Shown: positions 30,218-46,040, counted from the first letter of the stretch. The stretch: 64,000 bases of DNA from Octopus vulgaris (GCA_951406725.2 OX597815.1:61318001-61382000); one strand, 5' to 3'. Notes: generated by a model not told the origin, from the letters alone. Made by a program: numbers and translations.

Positions 30218-33200
30218 TCGTCGACGTCATCGATGTGAGGAGTGTACTAATGGTGAAGGAACAACAATAACAACAAAAATAAGAGAAAAGAATATATCAA
30301 CAATAAAAGAAATGAAATATAATCCCAATAAATAAATACAAAAAAATCGTAAAATGCAATTAAAATGAGAACAGCAACCACCACAACAGCAGCAGCAAAA
30401 ATAACAGCAAGACTTGTAAAAATAATAACAAGAAGAAAAAGACGAAAAAGTGAGGAAGAAAGATAGAAAGGAAAGCGTGAAGAAGACAATAAGATTAACA
30501 GAAATTGCAAGAGCAAAACAATGAATCAAAGAAGATAAAGTAAAACAATATTAACGGGAACATTGACAACAACAACAAAATCAACACAAACATTATCAAG
30601 AAGAGTACTACTGCACCAGTAATAACGACAACACAAAGGACATAAGAATTATTGAAAAATAACAACAACAATAACAAAGAAAACTTGTTCGAAGAACAAC
30701 GGCTAAATCATCATCATCATTCAAAACAGAAATACAGAGACAGATATATAAAAAACAAAAAAACAAAAATAATGACGACTACAAAAGTAGCAACAAAAAA
30801 CACATAAAGCCAGGTTCCAACCGCAATAAAAATAAAGAACTTCCTTTTACATTCCATAAATACTACCATAACAACAACGATATATATATATATATATATA
30901 TATATGGAGAGAGAGAGAGAGAGAATGAGAATAGTAAGCAGACAGACAGATATATAGAAATAAATATAACCATAAATAGTAAATTTTAAAAAATGCAACA
31001 AAACAGAATGAGATACAAGAATTCAACAATAACAATAAAAAAATCAAGAATTCCACAGTAACAATAAAAAAGATCATTATGAAAACTCTTACCAGAATTA
31101 GAACAATAAAGTTATAAAGACTACAACAACAACAACAATCAAAACGTTATCACAAATATAACCAGAATTACAAGAATAATGTCAAAAAGACTACAAGAAT
31201 AAGAGAAAAAAAGCATTAAGAAGAGAAAAATAACATAAATAATTGGATAATGTGGTAATTAGGACGACGACAAGGTTTAGAGCACACCCGGTGTTCGATT
31301 CAAGCAAGTGTTGTTACAACTTGTCTTCCACCCTCTTCGTCTCTATTAATGATTACATTGACCCCTCAGTGCTCAACTGGTACTTATTTTATCGATCTTC
31401 AAAGAATGAAAGCGAAGTCGACCTCTGCGGAATTTGAAGTCAGATCGTATAAACGGACGAAATGCCTATGAGCATTTTGTCCGGCGTGTTAACGATTCTG
31501 GCAGCTTGTCACTCTAGATACAACTCATTTTTTTGCCAGCTGAGTGGACGGAAGCAACATGAAATAAAGTATTTTGCTCAAGGACACAACGTGCCGCCGG
31601 GTATCAAACTCATGATTTTACGATCTTGAGCCGAATATCTCTAACCACCAAACCAGGCACCTTCAATTTCGTCTCTATTATTAAATATATAATACTATAT
31701 CTCAAAAAGGGTACCGAGTTGGTAAAATCAGTTTGCATATCAAACAGAATACTTGGCTCGCGTATCCTTTAGCTTCTTTTTTACGTTCTGAGTGCTAATC
31801 CCGCCGAGGTCAAATTTACCTATCAATAAAATAAAGTTCCAGTCAAAAATGAAAAGCAGTTAACCGGCCATGTGAGTCGTAGGAGTCAGAAATTGATAAT
31901 AATCCTTTCTACTATACTAAAAGCATAAGGCTTGAAATTTTAGATGAGATTAGTCGATTAGCTTGGCCCCAGTGCTCAACTGGCACTTATTTCATTGACC
32001 TCTAAGGGATGAAAAGTAAAGTCGTCCCCGGTGGAAAAGTCAGAATGTAAAAACGGACGAAATGCCGTCAAGCATTTTGTCCAGAGTACTAACGAATTTG
32101 CTAGCTTGTCGTGTTCAGAAGAGAAAGTAATAAAATACCTTGAATACTAGACAATATCTCATTGAAGCGACTTAATTAAAGTCTATTAATTTAGGTGTGA
32201 AGCTTTGTGACGTCGCTTTGATGTAGTGGTCAGCACAGCTTACAAGTTACTGGAGTGGCGGCGTTCGAATCACGCAGGCCATGTTGCAGTTGTTCTTCCA
32301 ACGTCTTCATCTGAGACGCTGAGAAATATAAACAGATTAGAATTGCAAAACCTCCAAATAATTTGAACTCAGAAGTTTATCAGTTCTCATCCCTTTCTTC
32401 ATAAACACTGTTTACCTAAACTCTGAATTACACCAATAACAGAACAGCTAGGTATTAGAGTATCTATGATTAATTAGTGGCAAGTGATTAGTTACGTGGA
32501 ATAATTGGTAAAGTACTGGAGGAAATTACTACAATTTATTTAGTTACTATTTGATGGACTGAATAAACCCTCTAAGTTTCCATGAATACTAAATCAAAAC
32601 CCATTGGACAATTCCATCCCTCCTCTAATGTCAGTGGACCACACTCTAATCAGGACCACTTTTCACTAACACATCCTATTCCATTCTAAATCACAAATCT
32701 CTCACTCGTTACACCTCTTTATTTTAATTATGCTGTCTTGATCAAATTTCACATTGAAAATTTCATTCTGTAAGGCGCTTTCGTTACGCATCTCGGCATT
32801 CCCTTCTCTGACCCAGATGGCAGTAAAAACATATTTCAGTTACTCTGATTCGAAGTCTGCCTCCCCCACTCCTCCTCAAATACCTGTTTCCTCCACCACT
32901 CCAAACTACTGGAATCATCAAAAATTCTTCTTTAATATCTCCCAAGCCATACAGTAATATAATGATTTCAAATTTTGGCACAATGCCAGTCATTTCGATC
33001 ACAGTACTCAACTGGTACTTATTTTTATCAACTCCAAAAAGAAAAGGCGCAAAATCGACCCAGGTCGAATTTGACCTCAGAACGTAAAAACGGGCAAAAT
33101 ACCTATTTCTTTACTACCCACAAGGGGCTAAGCACAGAGAGGACAAACAAGTTCAGACAAACGGATTAAGTCGATTATATCGACCCCAGTGCGTAACTGG

Positions 33201-33218
33201 TACTTATTTAATCGACCC

Positions 33219-33342
33219 TTCTGTGGAAGGGCGTAGAGTCGAAACGTTAGAAACTTTTTCACTTCCCGAGCGTTAAAATAATACATCTGTATGTTGTCTC
33301 CACAACCTGTCTTCGTCTTTTGTTTTCTTTCTTGTGAATTCT

Positions 33343-33345
<3 letters not shown>
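33219..33345 (+). mobile_element. Short (TA)n-adjacent element with deviant hammerhead-like motif
   Basis: ctgtgga a gggc..agtc GAAA cg TT; inverted homolog at ~51435-51545 (gctcGAAACGTT). Confidence 0.55.
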
Positions 33346-33418
<73 letters not shown>

Positions 33419-33747
33419 TTAATTCGTCCTTAGTCGAAAGACACCTGTTGTTATGTCCTGTTATTTATATTTGTGAAACATTTCTGTTTTTTTTCCGTCC
33501 TTATTTTGTATACATTCGCTGCTTTCTTCCAAGGAATCTAGTTCTCTTAGCTTAGTTTATCCCTGGGATTGACCAGATTGGAGCCGAAATTGCAAAGATA
33601 ATCTGGAACTCGACTGAGGTTAGAAAACTCCGAATGATCGGTCCTTGCTTTCCTTGTCTCGTCTGTCTGGATATTTTGTTTTCCTTTTTTGTTTCACCTA
33701 ACTGTCTACATGTTTTGCGTTCTTGTCCCATTTTTGTATATATATAC

Positions 33748-33781
<34 letters not shown>

Positions 33782-33874
33782 CTGTGTGTGTGTGTGTACA
33801 TATATATATACTTTCCTTGGACAATGGAATTGCTAACTTCTAAAATCCTCTACTACTACTACATCAATTCTTCC

Positions 33875-33953
33875 CTCCCTGAAGAAGGAATAGTTTACTA
33901 GTATATGGAAAGCTTACCAAATGCACATCTACCTTGGAAACAGCTGTCAGAGA
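33875..33953 (+). ncRNA. Type I hammerhead ribozyme-like motif
   Basis: CTGAAGA(33879-33885) agg...cct tg GAAA cagctg TC; palindromic ACAGCTGT, GUC triplet; stems I and II imperfect. Confidence 0.6.
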
Positions 33954-34427
33954 CTACGATACACTCAATTGTAACACCTCTGTTGTTTAGATATAAAAAT
34001 TTCATAAATATTTAGATATATAAATTCCATGCTCTAAACTAACACCAGTTGTTTGACTGTCCATTCTTTCTTTTATTTCTCCTGTATATGTACACGCTCA
34101 TTGATAAAGCCCTTATAACCATTCATTGCAAGGGTTCTACGATCCAGCTTAGATTTAATTGCAGTTTAGTTGGAGCTTTAGGTGGTAAGTCAGTTTGAGC
34201 ACTTACCATAATAAATTATTAGACTTTGGACGACCCGGGGATATAGTTGAAGACATTTGCCATTTACCAAAGATGCCGCGCACTGGGAATGAACAGTAAA
34301 CCATATGGTTGAAAAGCAAACTTCTTACCACATAGCCACGCCTGCAGGAAAATAGATTATATATATAGGAGCATTGTATTTATGTAATTATTGATAAAAA
34401 TATATAGATGCATAAGTAAAAGTATAA

Positions 34428-34481
<54 letters not shown>

Positions 34482-34585
34482 GTGTGAATACTTGATAAAT
34501 GTAAGCACCTGTATATGCCAGCTAGTAGCAAGTAGCAAGAGGATATATGTATCAAATGAAATAAAAAACAGAACACAAAGGATGT

Positions 34586-34679
34586 CGCGGTACACATGTT
34601 TCAAGCTTTATAAAACAACTTATTCTTATATCAATGTATAATCGACATAACAGATGGCTTAAAGCTCTCTTCAGCCGCA
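34586..34679 (-). ncRNA. Type I hammerhead ribozyme motif
   Basis: gcgg CTGAAGA gagcttta...taaagctt GAAA catgtg TA ccgc; 8-bp stem II, 4-5 bp stem I. Confidence 0.8.
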
Positions 34680-35066
34680 TGCAATTGCTATACCAAAGAC
34701 CTGTATCACTTTATGAAAAGTCCGAAAAGGAATATTTGGTATTATCAATAATGGTAGGTATATTGAGATCCATTATTCCAAAAATAATCAGATATATATA
34801 TACACATATACATACATACATACATACATACATACATACATACATACATACATACACGCATACACACACACACATAAATGTGCATATACAAACTATATGA
34901 TGGACACACGTGTAGTTCTGCTTATCTTATATCATAAGTTATACGTACAATCTATATGTATAAAGTAATACTCGTGTACAGATGTTTACGTTTATTTCGC
35001 ATTTCTATATAGCCTAATAGATACACGATAAACATTTATATACAAACATTAATATAGACGTCTATA

Positions 35067-35128
<62 letters not shown>

Positions 35129-35446
35129 CGCATATATTCTGTGTCCAAAGGAGTATATGTGTTCATACACACTGATTTACATTGATATTTATGCACTCAC
35201 TTTATACACACACATGTGTATAGTGAGACACTTGTACACATAAAAGCTTCTACACGCACGCGTATATACATCATGTATTTAGTGTACACTATAAATTCCC
35301 ACCTGGTTTGTCTTATCGGCCAGTAGACCGGAAGTTGATATAAAACGCGCAGCAGAGTTGTCGGCATTTTTCTCCAGTACCGGATATAGCAGCTCACATC
35401 CTGTTCAGTGTAAGGGTCCTGCTGATGTTTACTGACGTAGCACCAT

Positions 35447-35486
<40 letters not shown>

Positions 35487-35573
35487 CGCGTGTTTTTGTG
35501 TGTGCGCGTGTGCGCGTGTGTCTGAGTGTGTGAGTCTGTGAGTGTGAGTGTAAGTGTGTGTATGTGTATTGGA

Positions 35574-35629
<56 letters not shown>

Positions 35630-35790
35630 ATGCGTGTGTGTACATATCTAGCTAGCTAGCTAGCCATCCTGCTATCTATCTATCTCTCTATCTATAACTA
35701 ATTATCTATATTTATCTATGTCTTTATATATATAAACAGACACACATACACATGTATACATATGTATATGTATATATATAAATAATATAT

Positions 35791-35839
<49 letters not shown>

Positions 35840-36008
35840 GCTTGTATGTGTGTGAGTATGTGTTCGTGTGTACGTGCGTGCGCGCACACGAATGTGTGTG
35901 GTGAATGTGACTGTGATGGTAGTGAAAATAAGAGCTTTCACAAATTAGCTTTCAGGCAGACAGTCAATCAGACTGACCGAAAGACATGCAAACAGAAATT
36001 CACACACA

Positions 36009-36077
<69 letters not shown>

Positions 36078-36229
36078 ATGTGTGCGTGCGTATGTGTGCG
36101 TGCGTATGTGTGCGTGCGCGTGTGTGTATATGTACATACGTACCTACATACTTGCATACGCACATACTTAGATACACATACATATATGATGGTTGTCTAC
36201 TCATTAGACGAGCATGACCATCGCTGATA

Positions 36230-36630
36230 AGTTAAGAGTCAGCAATGCCCGTGCAGGGGTTATAAGTGAAGTGCAACTTTCACAGCATCACAGCGACTCT
36301 CAGAAATAACACCAAGGAGCTCTGAGACAAGCTAAGAGCAAATCATCCGGTTCAGTAGAGCAGCGGGTTTTATATACGAGTTAGCCTTCTCCTAGAGGCA
36401 TGACTTAACAAAGATCAGGGGTCCCTCACTCCCAGTAGGCTTACTGCGCCCTCGGACACCAGCCCGAGTATTTCTACGTCCCGTCACTCATATGCTAGTT
36501 ATCCCATAGCTGGGACCCCGATATTCCGAGTCACAGTAGACTAAGAAGTGGTTCCACATTCCTCAAAAACCTTGGGACATTTTAACCAGAGCCCCAATAA
36601 CGGATGCAGTTTTAAGTCATACCCAGGACA
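36230..36630 (-). mobile_element. RTE-related 5' UTR/SINE-like segment
   Basis: tctaggagaaggctaactc motif resembles RTE 5' UTRs; abuts the RTE 3' end. Confidence 0.4.
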
Positions 36631-36631
36631 A

Positions 36632-37345
36632 TGCATGATGGCTGCGCCCTCGTTATCGAGTATGGCCATTGCACAAAGCTTAACTTTTATTGGTGCTGTG
36701 ATCGAATGTGACTTTTTAGCCCAGCTAAAGATCTACAATGTCTTGTACAGAATTGGCAGCTAAAACCTTTACCGGCAATAGCCGGCTGTAGTTGTAACTG
36801 GGATTCATGTACCTTTGCATGTCGTTTAAGTCCTGCTAAATTACACTCTCTTCTACATGCCTGACAGATATGATTAGTATGGTGTGTAATACCACCACCA
36901 GTGGCCAGGTTGTCACTCATCTGTCTCGCTTTATGACTACGAAGATGACTCTTGAGTCCAGCTTTACTGAGGCAGGGTCTTGCACAGACACTGCATGTCA
37001 GCATCATAGGAAGACTCTTCCCATCTGGAAGTGTTAACAGCGATACCCTTCCTGACATCCCTCCTTACTTTCTCATGTGCAACTCGAGATTTCTCAAAAG
37101 TAGCTGTCCCCTCGTGCACAACTCTTCTCCACCGGCTACGATCAATAGCTACGCCCTCCCATGTGTCAGAAGAGATGCAAGCATCTCCTAAGGAAGCCTT
37201 CAGCAAGTCCTTATACCTCTTTTTTTGTTTATGTGGAGGTCGTTCTCCTTTAGCTGACTCTCCATAAAAGAGTTGTTTTGGTATCCTTGAATCCTTCATC
37301 CTGACCAGATGACCACTCCACCTGAGCCTTTGCTTAGATGGAGTG
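36632..37345 (-). mobile_element. RTE-clade LINE 3' end with C-terminal C2H2 zinc fingers
   Basis: QRLRWSGHLVRMKDSRIPKQLFYGE...QKKRYKDLLK...DRSRWR, then after a frameshift three CxxC..GLK.H...H fingers. Confidence 0.9.
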
Positions 37346-37403
37346 GTCATCTGGTCAGGACAATGCATACATACATACATACATACATACATACATACAT
37401 ACA

Positions 37404-37434
<31 letters not shown>

Positions 37435-37651
37435 TGGCGGCTATCGATTGCTACCGAATAAATCCACGTTCTGCGCTGCCTATCCACTTTACAGGTAGAT
37501 TTGTTCCTGACAAAGCTGAAAATATACACCAGGGTCACAAGACGAAAACTACACTTTCTAGATAACGACTTGTAGCTTAAGTAGGACGCATCTGTCGTCT
37601 GGTATTGGCTTCAAGAACTCTGAATCTTGACTTCAGATAGATAAATAGATC

Positions 37652-37779
<128 letters not shown>

Positions 37780-38260
37780 TGCAGGAAGTGTATGAAAATC
37801 TATGATATACTGCAAGGTTCCATTTGTTGGATTAATATCAACAATGATGAATTTGGTCGTATATCTGTATTTATTAACGTGATAATTAAAATTCTTGAAT
37901 TTATTTAATATACACTAAATTAAAAACTTCTCACTTATATAGAAACTGCTGTGAATATTTAGCATATAGCTAGTTTTTGTATCCTAAAACATGATAAAAT
38001 TGCTAATTTTCATTTTTTTAATTCGGATTTCATACTGCACATGAAAGTGATGTGATGATCCTATTTCCTTCGACGTGGAAACATGCTAAGTGGCGTATTT
38101 AAAGACAAGGGTGCAGGTGTGGACGTGTGGTACGAAGTTCGCTTCCCAACCACATTGTCTTGGGTTCAGTTCAACTGCGTAGCATCTTGGGTTCGTGTCT
38201 TGGCCAAGCAAAGCTTTGTGACTGCATTTGGTAGACAGAAATTGACAGAACCTCTCGTGC

Positions 38261-38325
<65 letters not shown>

Positions 38326-38519
38326 TGAAAATTTCCTGGCTTTAAGGGTATAAGGAAAGGCCTGGCTGGAGGCCCGATCTTCCAAGTTCTCTTACAGGGC
38401 TTAGGAAACTGAAGGACTGCTGCAATGAGTGTGTGAATCTGAGAGGGGAATACTGATCATCTTCTATTTTACCCAAAGACAGGAACTTTTCGGTACTCCC
38501 TCGTATATGGGAATGTATG

Positions 38520-38548
38520 TATGTACACACACACAGACACATAGACAT

Positions 38549-38579
<31 letters not shown>

Positions 38580-38759
38580 CACGAAATGTAATATGTGACA
38601 ATTATTCGGTATCTGATGGCCAGATAACTGTATCCAAAACTTGGAGTTTTATCATGGCTACCAAATTATTGTCAATTGTCACATATTACATTTACAGATA
38701 AATTCCTCTATTTACATAATATCGAAGTCTTGCATTCTTTTGTTATCTTACCATTTCTA

Positions 38760-38765
<6 letters not shown>
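38520..38765 (+). mobile_element. (TA)n-adjacent repeat, deleted version of 52020-52230
   Basis: Shared gatggccagataac...gagttttatc...tacagataaatt(t)cctctatttacataatat; HHR core deleted. Confidence 0.6.
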
Positions 38766-38809
<44 letters not shown>

Positions 38810-38813
<4 letters not shown>

Positions 38814-39845
38814 TAACGGAGAATTATACAAGCATATTGCCCACAATACATTTGCAGTGGCCTTCTGAGCTGTCACTACAAGAACTCAATGAGATAGACT
38901 CTCGAACTCGCAAGCTGCTCAGTGTTATAGAAAATATCAACAATAATGGAGATGTAGATAAGTTATACTTTCCATGTAAAGAGGGTGACTGTAGTCTCAA
39001 AACTGTACTGCTGTCATATGAAGCACGTAGTGACACCGAACTATTTTACCCAGGTTTGTGACCATGAGACATAATTACGATAGCTAATGAACTTCAGGAG
39101 AGATATGAAATAAGAGTTGATACAAATCTCTCCTCTAAGAGCATTGGTAAAATCTATTTAAAAAAATGTTGACAGACAAAACGTAAGCTGACAAGACCAA
39201 GACTGACGACATCAATCACATTATTGTTACCTGCGGGAGACTGTCTTCTAGATATCTCCTTCCCATGAGGCATGATGCAGGGGCCAGAACAGCCAGGAAC
39301 AAGATAACAAAAAGAAGAAAACACCCACAGACGAAGTTGACTTTATTGAAACCGATAGGTCAAAAGGATATTGGTGGAACTTAGAATTTAAAACAGCCAC
39401 CGAGTTAAAACACAAACGGCCAGGTATTGTTGTGTGGGACCTCAAGGAAAAGATATATTCTGCTGTGGAAATCGGCTGCCCTCTGGACAACAGTGTGGTT
39501 CGTAAAATACAGGAGAAAGAGGATTTCTACGAACTCCTAATAAGGAGTTTGCAAATTCAGTACCCAAGATACGCTTTCAGTTTCATACCCATTATTATTG
39601 GGGCTAAAAGATACATAACTCCACCTGGAAGAAATTATGGCTGAACTTGGAATTTTGGGGAGAAAATGCACATCCTTAATTCATTCGCTACAAATGATCA
39701 AGATATCTGGGACTCTAAAATCCTGCAAGACCTTCTTAAGATTTAAAGGATGATGGTTAAAACAAGGTACATTCCTTCACAGCTTTGCTACAAAGTAGGT
39801 GGCCGGTGAAACTCGAATAGACTTACGTGACAATGAGAGGTAAAT
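38810..39845 (+). pseudogene. Decayed RLE-type (R4-like) LINE 3' region
   Basis: ELNEIDSRTRKLL..DVDKLY; YWWN..KHKRPGIVVWD..VEIGCPLD..FIPIIIGA. Confidence 0.85.
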
Positions 39846-39877
<32 letters not shown>

Positions 39878-40685
39878 ACACACACACACACATACACACA
39901 CACACATACACACACACTGTATGTGTGTACGTGTCTGAGTGTTTGTAATAATCTTTTCTACGATCGGTATAAAGGCTGAAATTCTGAGAGAGGAAACTGG
40001 TTATTATTTTATCGACCCCGAAAGGATGAAAGGCAAAGTCGACCTTGACGGGGTTTGAACTCAGAATATAGCGACGGACGAAATACCGTTAAACATTTTG
40101 TCCGGCGTGCTAACTATTCTATCGGCTCGCCGCATAGTGTGTAATATGTAATAATACAATTTTATCATTATTTTTTAATCGGCGGAAGTTGCGCCGTGAC
40201 ACAAAGAGAGTTTCGTGCAATCTTGTGACTCGGACTAAAATACAAGTTACATTTATCATTTGTACGGCTGTTTTATACGCACACATAGACACACCTACAC
40301 ATACACATACGCATGACTATACACACCACGTATACTAACGCACACACACATACACATACACACGCAAACACACATAAATACGGACACTCAACACACACAG
40401 ATGCACTCTCCACACACAAACACAAGCGCACACATATTCACATACGCACACACAGTAACTTACACACATATATACACATACAGACACACTCACAAACACA
40501 CACACACACTCACATACAAGCACACAAACACACAAACACACATGCAGACTTGCGATCAAGTTTAGAGTTCATTTACGGTAAAAAGATATTTATAAATTGC
40601 GTCTCAAGTAGTGGGCGATAAAGAGTAGTTTACAGTGTGTATATGCGTCAGCAGGGTATATATCACCACGTCTGTATATACCTTT

Positions 40686-40758
<73 letters not shown>

Positions 40759-41189
40759 CGTGCGCGCATATCTATTAAAATACTTCAATGACCCATAGCA
40801 ACGGCTAGTTTCCTCCTCCAGAGAATGAATTTCTTAATCGTGTAAATCATTAGTCCCTGCAAATCACTAGTCACTGTAACTCATTGAACTTATCAACACT
40901 TTAAAGATAATTGTTACTCTTTAAATATATTGAGTTCCTTTCTTTAGTGATGGTCATATATAGTACACTACATGGACACTTCCACACATACATATACATA
41001 AATAAATACATACACACACAATTACACATACATGCACACACAATTACACATACATACAAACACACACACATACACACACACAAACACATACACACATATT
41101 GGTATAGTTCGATAGACAGAGACCGACTGACAAACAGACGCAGGCCCCGCTCCGTATATCAAGGAGACTGACGCCATTAATACCTATCT

Positions 41190-41660
41190 TAATTTTTTTT
41201 AAATCGACAATTGCTAGTAAGATATGGGCAGAAGGCGGAGGGATGATGTTCTGTGAGGGACTGAGCGTTGTGATTTGTGATTTGTAGATGTACGGAGGAG
41301 AGAGAAAACGAATAGGGATATTTAAGTAGGATTAGCATTAGATTTTAGAAGTGGGCATCCTTATAGCAGCGATAGAAAAGGTAGAGAGAGAGGTGACAGC
41401 ACAGTTATGAATGACAAACTGAAGTATGTCCATGAGTGAATTTATAACAATTAGGATGAGAGACCTTTCCAGGGTACAGATTGGAATATCTGCTCGCGCG
41501 CGCGTATCTGCAGTAGCAGCGCTATTCCAGATATGGGATCAATACTTCACTGTGGGCCACACATGAGCCTTGTACCCTCCAGGCCTCTTCAGGAATTATT
41601 ATTATTATTAATACATTCAGACTAATGTCTTTTTTATTTTATTCTCAGTCTTTCATCCGT
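41190..41660 (-). pseudogene. Decayed CR1/L2-like LINE fragment
   Basis: YKAHVWPTVKY*SHIW and LYLFYR resemble YKAQVRPxMEYCSHIW. Confidence 0.55.
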
Positions 41661-41994
41661 GTGTCGGTCATGCTGGTCAATGGGGCAGTGAATATAAGCG
41701 TTGAATATATGTTAAGAGTAATTGTTTTGTTAGTGGGTGTGAGTTCAATTTCTGAGTCAGTAAAAGCAATATAATCAGTGATTGAAGCAGAACGAGCAAG
41801 CAACGTCACTACTGAGAGAATAGTAAAGTACAAGAATATCCCTGGTCGGGATAACGGAATGAGAAGATTCTTACTGTCGAGGATTAAGAAGCAAAAAACG
41901 ACTCGGTTCGAAATGCCAAGAATTAAAGTATGTTCTCTTTTGTTTTTAATTGTTTGAAATCTTCCCTTGGAGAAGGAGCAGGAATGTAGATAAA

Positions 41995-42787
41995 AATAAT
42001 GTCACATTTTAAACTTGAGGAAAGTCTCGGATATTTTCGCTATTCCACTTACTGTAATGTTGCGAATTAGCTGGTTGATTTCCTTTTCTGAAAATCCTTG
42101 GTTATCCAGCATGACAGCTAGGCATTTACTCACAAAACCAAGTGCACCAATTATTATTGGTATAAATGTGAATTTATAATCTTGATTTAGAAACTGGAGA
42201 TTTCGAAGTTATCCTCTTTCTCGTTGACCTTCAAAGAGATATTCACATCAAAACAGGACAGCTGACGTCTGTAACGATACATATTACTTAATGTTAGTCC
42301 CAAACAACAATATCTGGCCTGTTATATTTACACTTGACAGACGTTTCGGTGGAAATGCTCCACCAATGTTCCTTTTGTTGATGTTTGTATATGTATTTAA
42401 TAACAGAAGAATGCTCTATATAGAATTCGAGACTGTCTTTTTTTACGAATGGCATTATATACTGTTTTTGCAACAACTTCCTGTCGCATCGGGAAGTAGT
42501 TACTTTATGATATTTTCGGGCAGCTGCTTCCACAGAAATATCACGTGAAACACAGTTTCAGTTGTATCTTGGGGTTCTAAGGGCTTCACTGTCTTTTTTT
42601 TTTTAATAGGTACCGCGTAGCAATCTCCTGTTTTCGGATTGAAAATGCATAGCCAACATAATGATGTGATGTAGCAGTCACAAGTGCAAGGTAGGATGCT
42701 TTTCCTGTCGATATTACTGTCTTCTTCACGTCTTCAGGAAACATACCCATGCATAGTTTTTGTTTTCCTATTCTGTGTGTGTGTGTG

Positions 42788-42871
<84 letters not shown>

Positions 42872-43400
42872 TGGGGGAAGTGTTACTAAACGTTTGACGT
42901 TCGGGTCTTCCTTGAGGTATATTCCTCCGGCTATTTTAGGGTTGCGTAGCAAGTCATCAAGAAGACAGTGCTTCCTGAGAAGCTCACTACCCGAACGTCG
43001 GATGTTTACTTCGCTTTTCAGTACTAAGTTTATTTTGGCTGTTGTTGCCTTGCAGATGCTGTCTGCGAGAGACTATACGACATTCGAAGTCTGTCTAGAC
43101 TGATCTCAAACCATACGACATTCATCTTCTCTTGGGAAGACCCTGTCGACATCAGTGTGGAAGTATCCAGTTAATCTTAAAACCATGAAGTTTTAGCATC
43201 TACAGACCAGTCGATGACCGCACGTGTTGGAAACAAATTTGTGATTTATACTGGCTCGTCCATACATTCGTCTGCGACAGTGGAGTTTTTCGAATAGGGT
43301 CCTGAGTTCGTGCTTTAGAGCAATTATATTTCCCCCAAGAACTTGGTGTTACAGTGGTTGTACATTAAAAAAAAAATTCATGTATAAAATTTAATATTTA
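41995..43400 (-). pseudogene. Decayed RLE-type LINE related to 38810-39845
   Basis: EHWWSISTETSVKCKYNRPDIVVWD; YKFTFIPIIIGALGFV; interrupted by (CA)n. Confidence 0.75.
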
Positions 43401-43588
43401 CTTATTTACAATTTATTATCGTGGTTAACCTTCCAATATGACGGCAGATATTGTTGATGTTTCCTTCAAGTTGTGTTTCCTATCTAGATTGCTTCTGTTC
43501 AGTAGTTTCAGTACCTTGTTTATTGCAAATTTCTCCTAAGAGTGATAGCAGCTGTTTTTTGAGGGTTTTACTGTTCTATTAGTTACAT

Positions 43589-44530
<942 letters not shown>

Positions 44531-45085
44531 TCGTAAGCTCTTAGCGACATCGTCTATAAATTTCAACATTAGAGTAGCTTGATCTTTCTTCATCTCGTTG
44601 AGAGTGGCCTGCAGTGCCATGATAGTTTCGAGAAGTAGAAACGTTTTTCACGAACAGTGGTTTTAAGAGGTCTCATGGTTGAATATGTTCCAGAGTCGTC
44701 TCGGTTGACTCAGTTACATCTAGAGAAACTCGAGAATTTCGTGATGGCGGCAGCGGTTTGTATGTATGTATGTATGTTTGTATGTATGTGAGTATGTATG
44801 TGAGTATGTATGTATAAAGTACGTAGCTATGTATCTGTTTTTCTTTTTACTTTTTTCGCTCATTTGACTGCAGCCAAGAAGAAATTGAGTCGAAGGAATC
44901 GACCCCAGTACTTATTTTTTAAGCTTGGTACAGACTCTACCGGTCTCTTATGTCTAAACGCTATGTTACTGGAATGTAAAAACACCCATACCAGTTGTCA
45001 AGCGGTGATGGAGGTCAAACACACACACTCATAGATATAGATAGTCACAACACACACACACACTTACATACATACATACATACAC

Positions 45086-45118
<33 letters not shown>

Positions 45119-45120
45119 TA

Positions 45121-46040
45121 TTGGGGGCAACCAGATCAAACTGTCTCAATTTTAACTGCCCGAAACAGTAAGGACTTTTGGTATACTGAGGAAAGAAGGC
45201 CATGAATGACCCGTCTTTTTTCCCTGTCCTTCTGATTGTTGTTTCTCCTGTCTGCCTTGTATCGTCTATCTGTCCGGATGCTTTATTGTCCTCTATTGCA
45301 TTTTTGTTCCATTTTTTATATTTATATATACATATAGCGGCGTACGTATACCCTTGTGCTCACCATATAGTAGGTATGCATCTAAATTTTGTACAACTCT
45401 TACTCAATCTTTTCTTTTTTCTCGCTCCCCCTTTCTTTCTCACATTTCTTGGCCCTCTCCTCTAACTCCCACCTTTTCCTCCTCGTTTATCTCCCCTGTA
45501 CCCTTCCCTTTGTCTCTGATTTTTTCCTAATCTTTCAAAGCCGCTGCTCCTTAGCCCTCTCTCCTTCCACGTGACCGGTATCTGGCCAGCCATGATCGTT
45601 CTTTCTTGTCCTGACTGCCGACCGCCAACACCCCTTATGCCCATCCCCTATGTTCCTGCCTTTAGGCTTTCACTTCATACACGCCAGCACAATTTGATTC
45701 GTTCTCAGTCGAAAGACACCTGTTGTTATATTCTTTTTGTTTGTATTCGTAATTATGTACCATGTTCTCCGTTTTGTGTCTTTATTGCCGTACTCATTCA
45801 CTAGCTTTCTTACAAAAAAGTCTAATGCTCTTAGCTTAGACGTTTTGGGGGGGGCAACCAGATCGAACTGTCTCAAGTGTAACTGCTTGAAAAAGTAAGG
45901 GCTTCTGGTATACTTGACTGAGGAAAGAAGGACACAAATGACCCGTCTTTTTTGCCTGTCCTTCTAATTGTTCTTTCTCCTGTCCGCCTTTGTATCGTCT
46001 ATCTGTCCGAATGTTTTGTCTCCTATTGCGTTTTTGTTCC

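Noticed and set aside
32215-32285. tRNA-like sequence with GTTCGAATC B box
   Set aside because: No complete cloverleaf; more likely a SINE head. The same applies to the other tRNA-like heads.
36330-36520. Possible HDV-like or twister ribozyme in the RTE-type UTR
   Set aside because: Could not assemble the required pseudoknot pairings by eye; needs an Infernal search.
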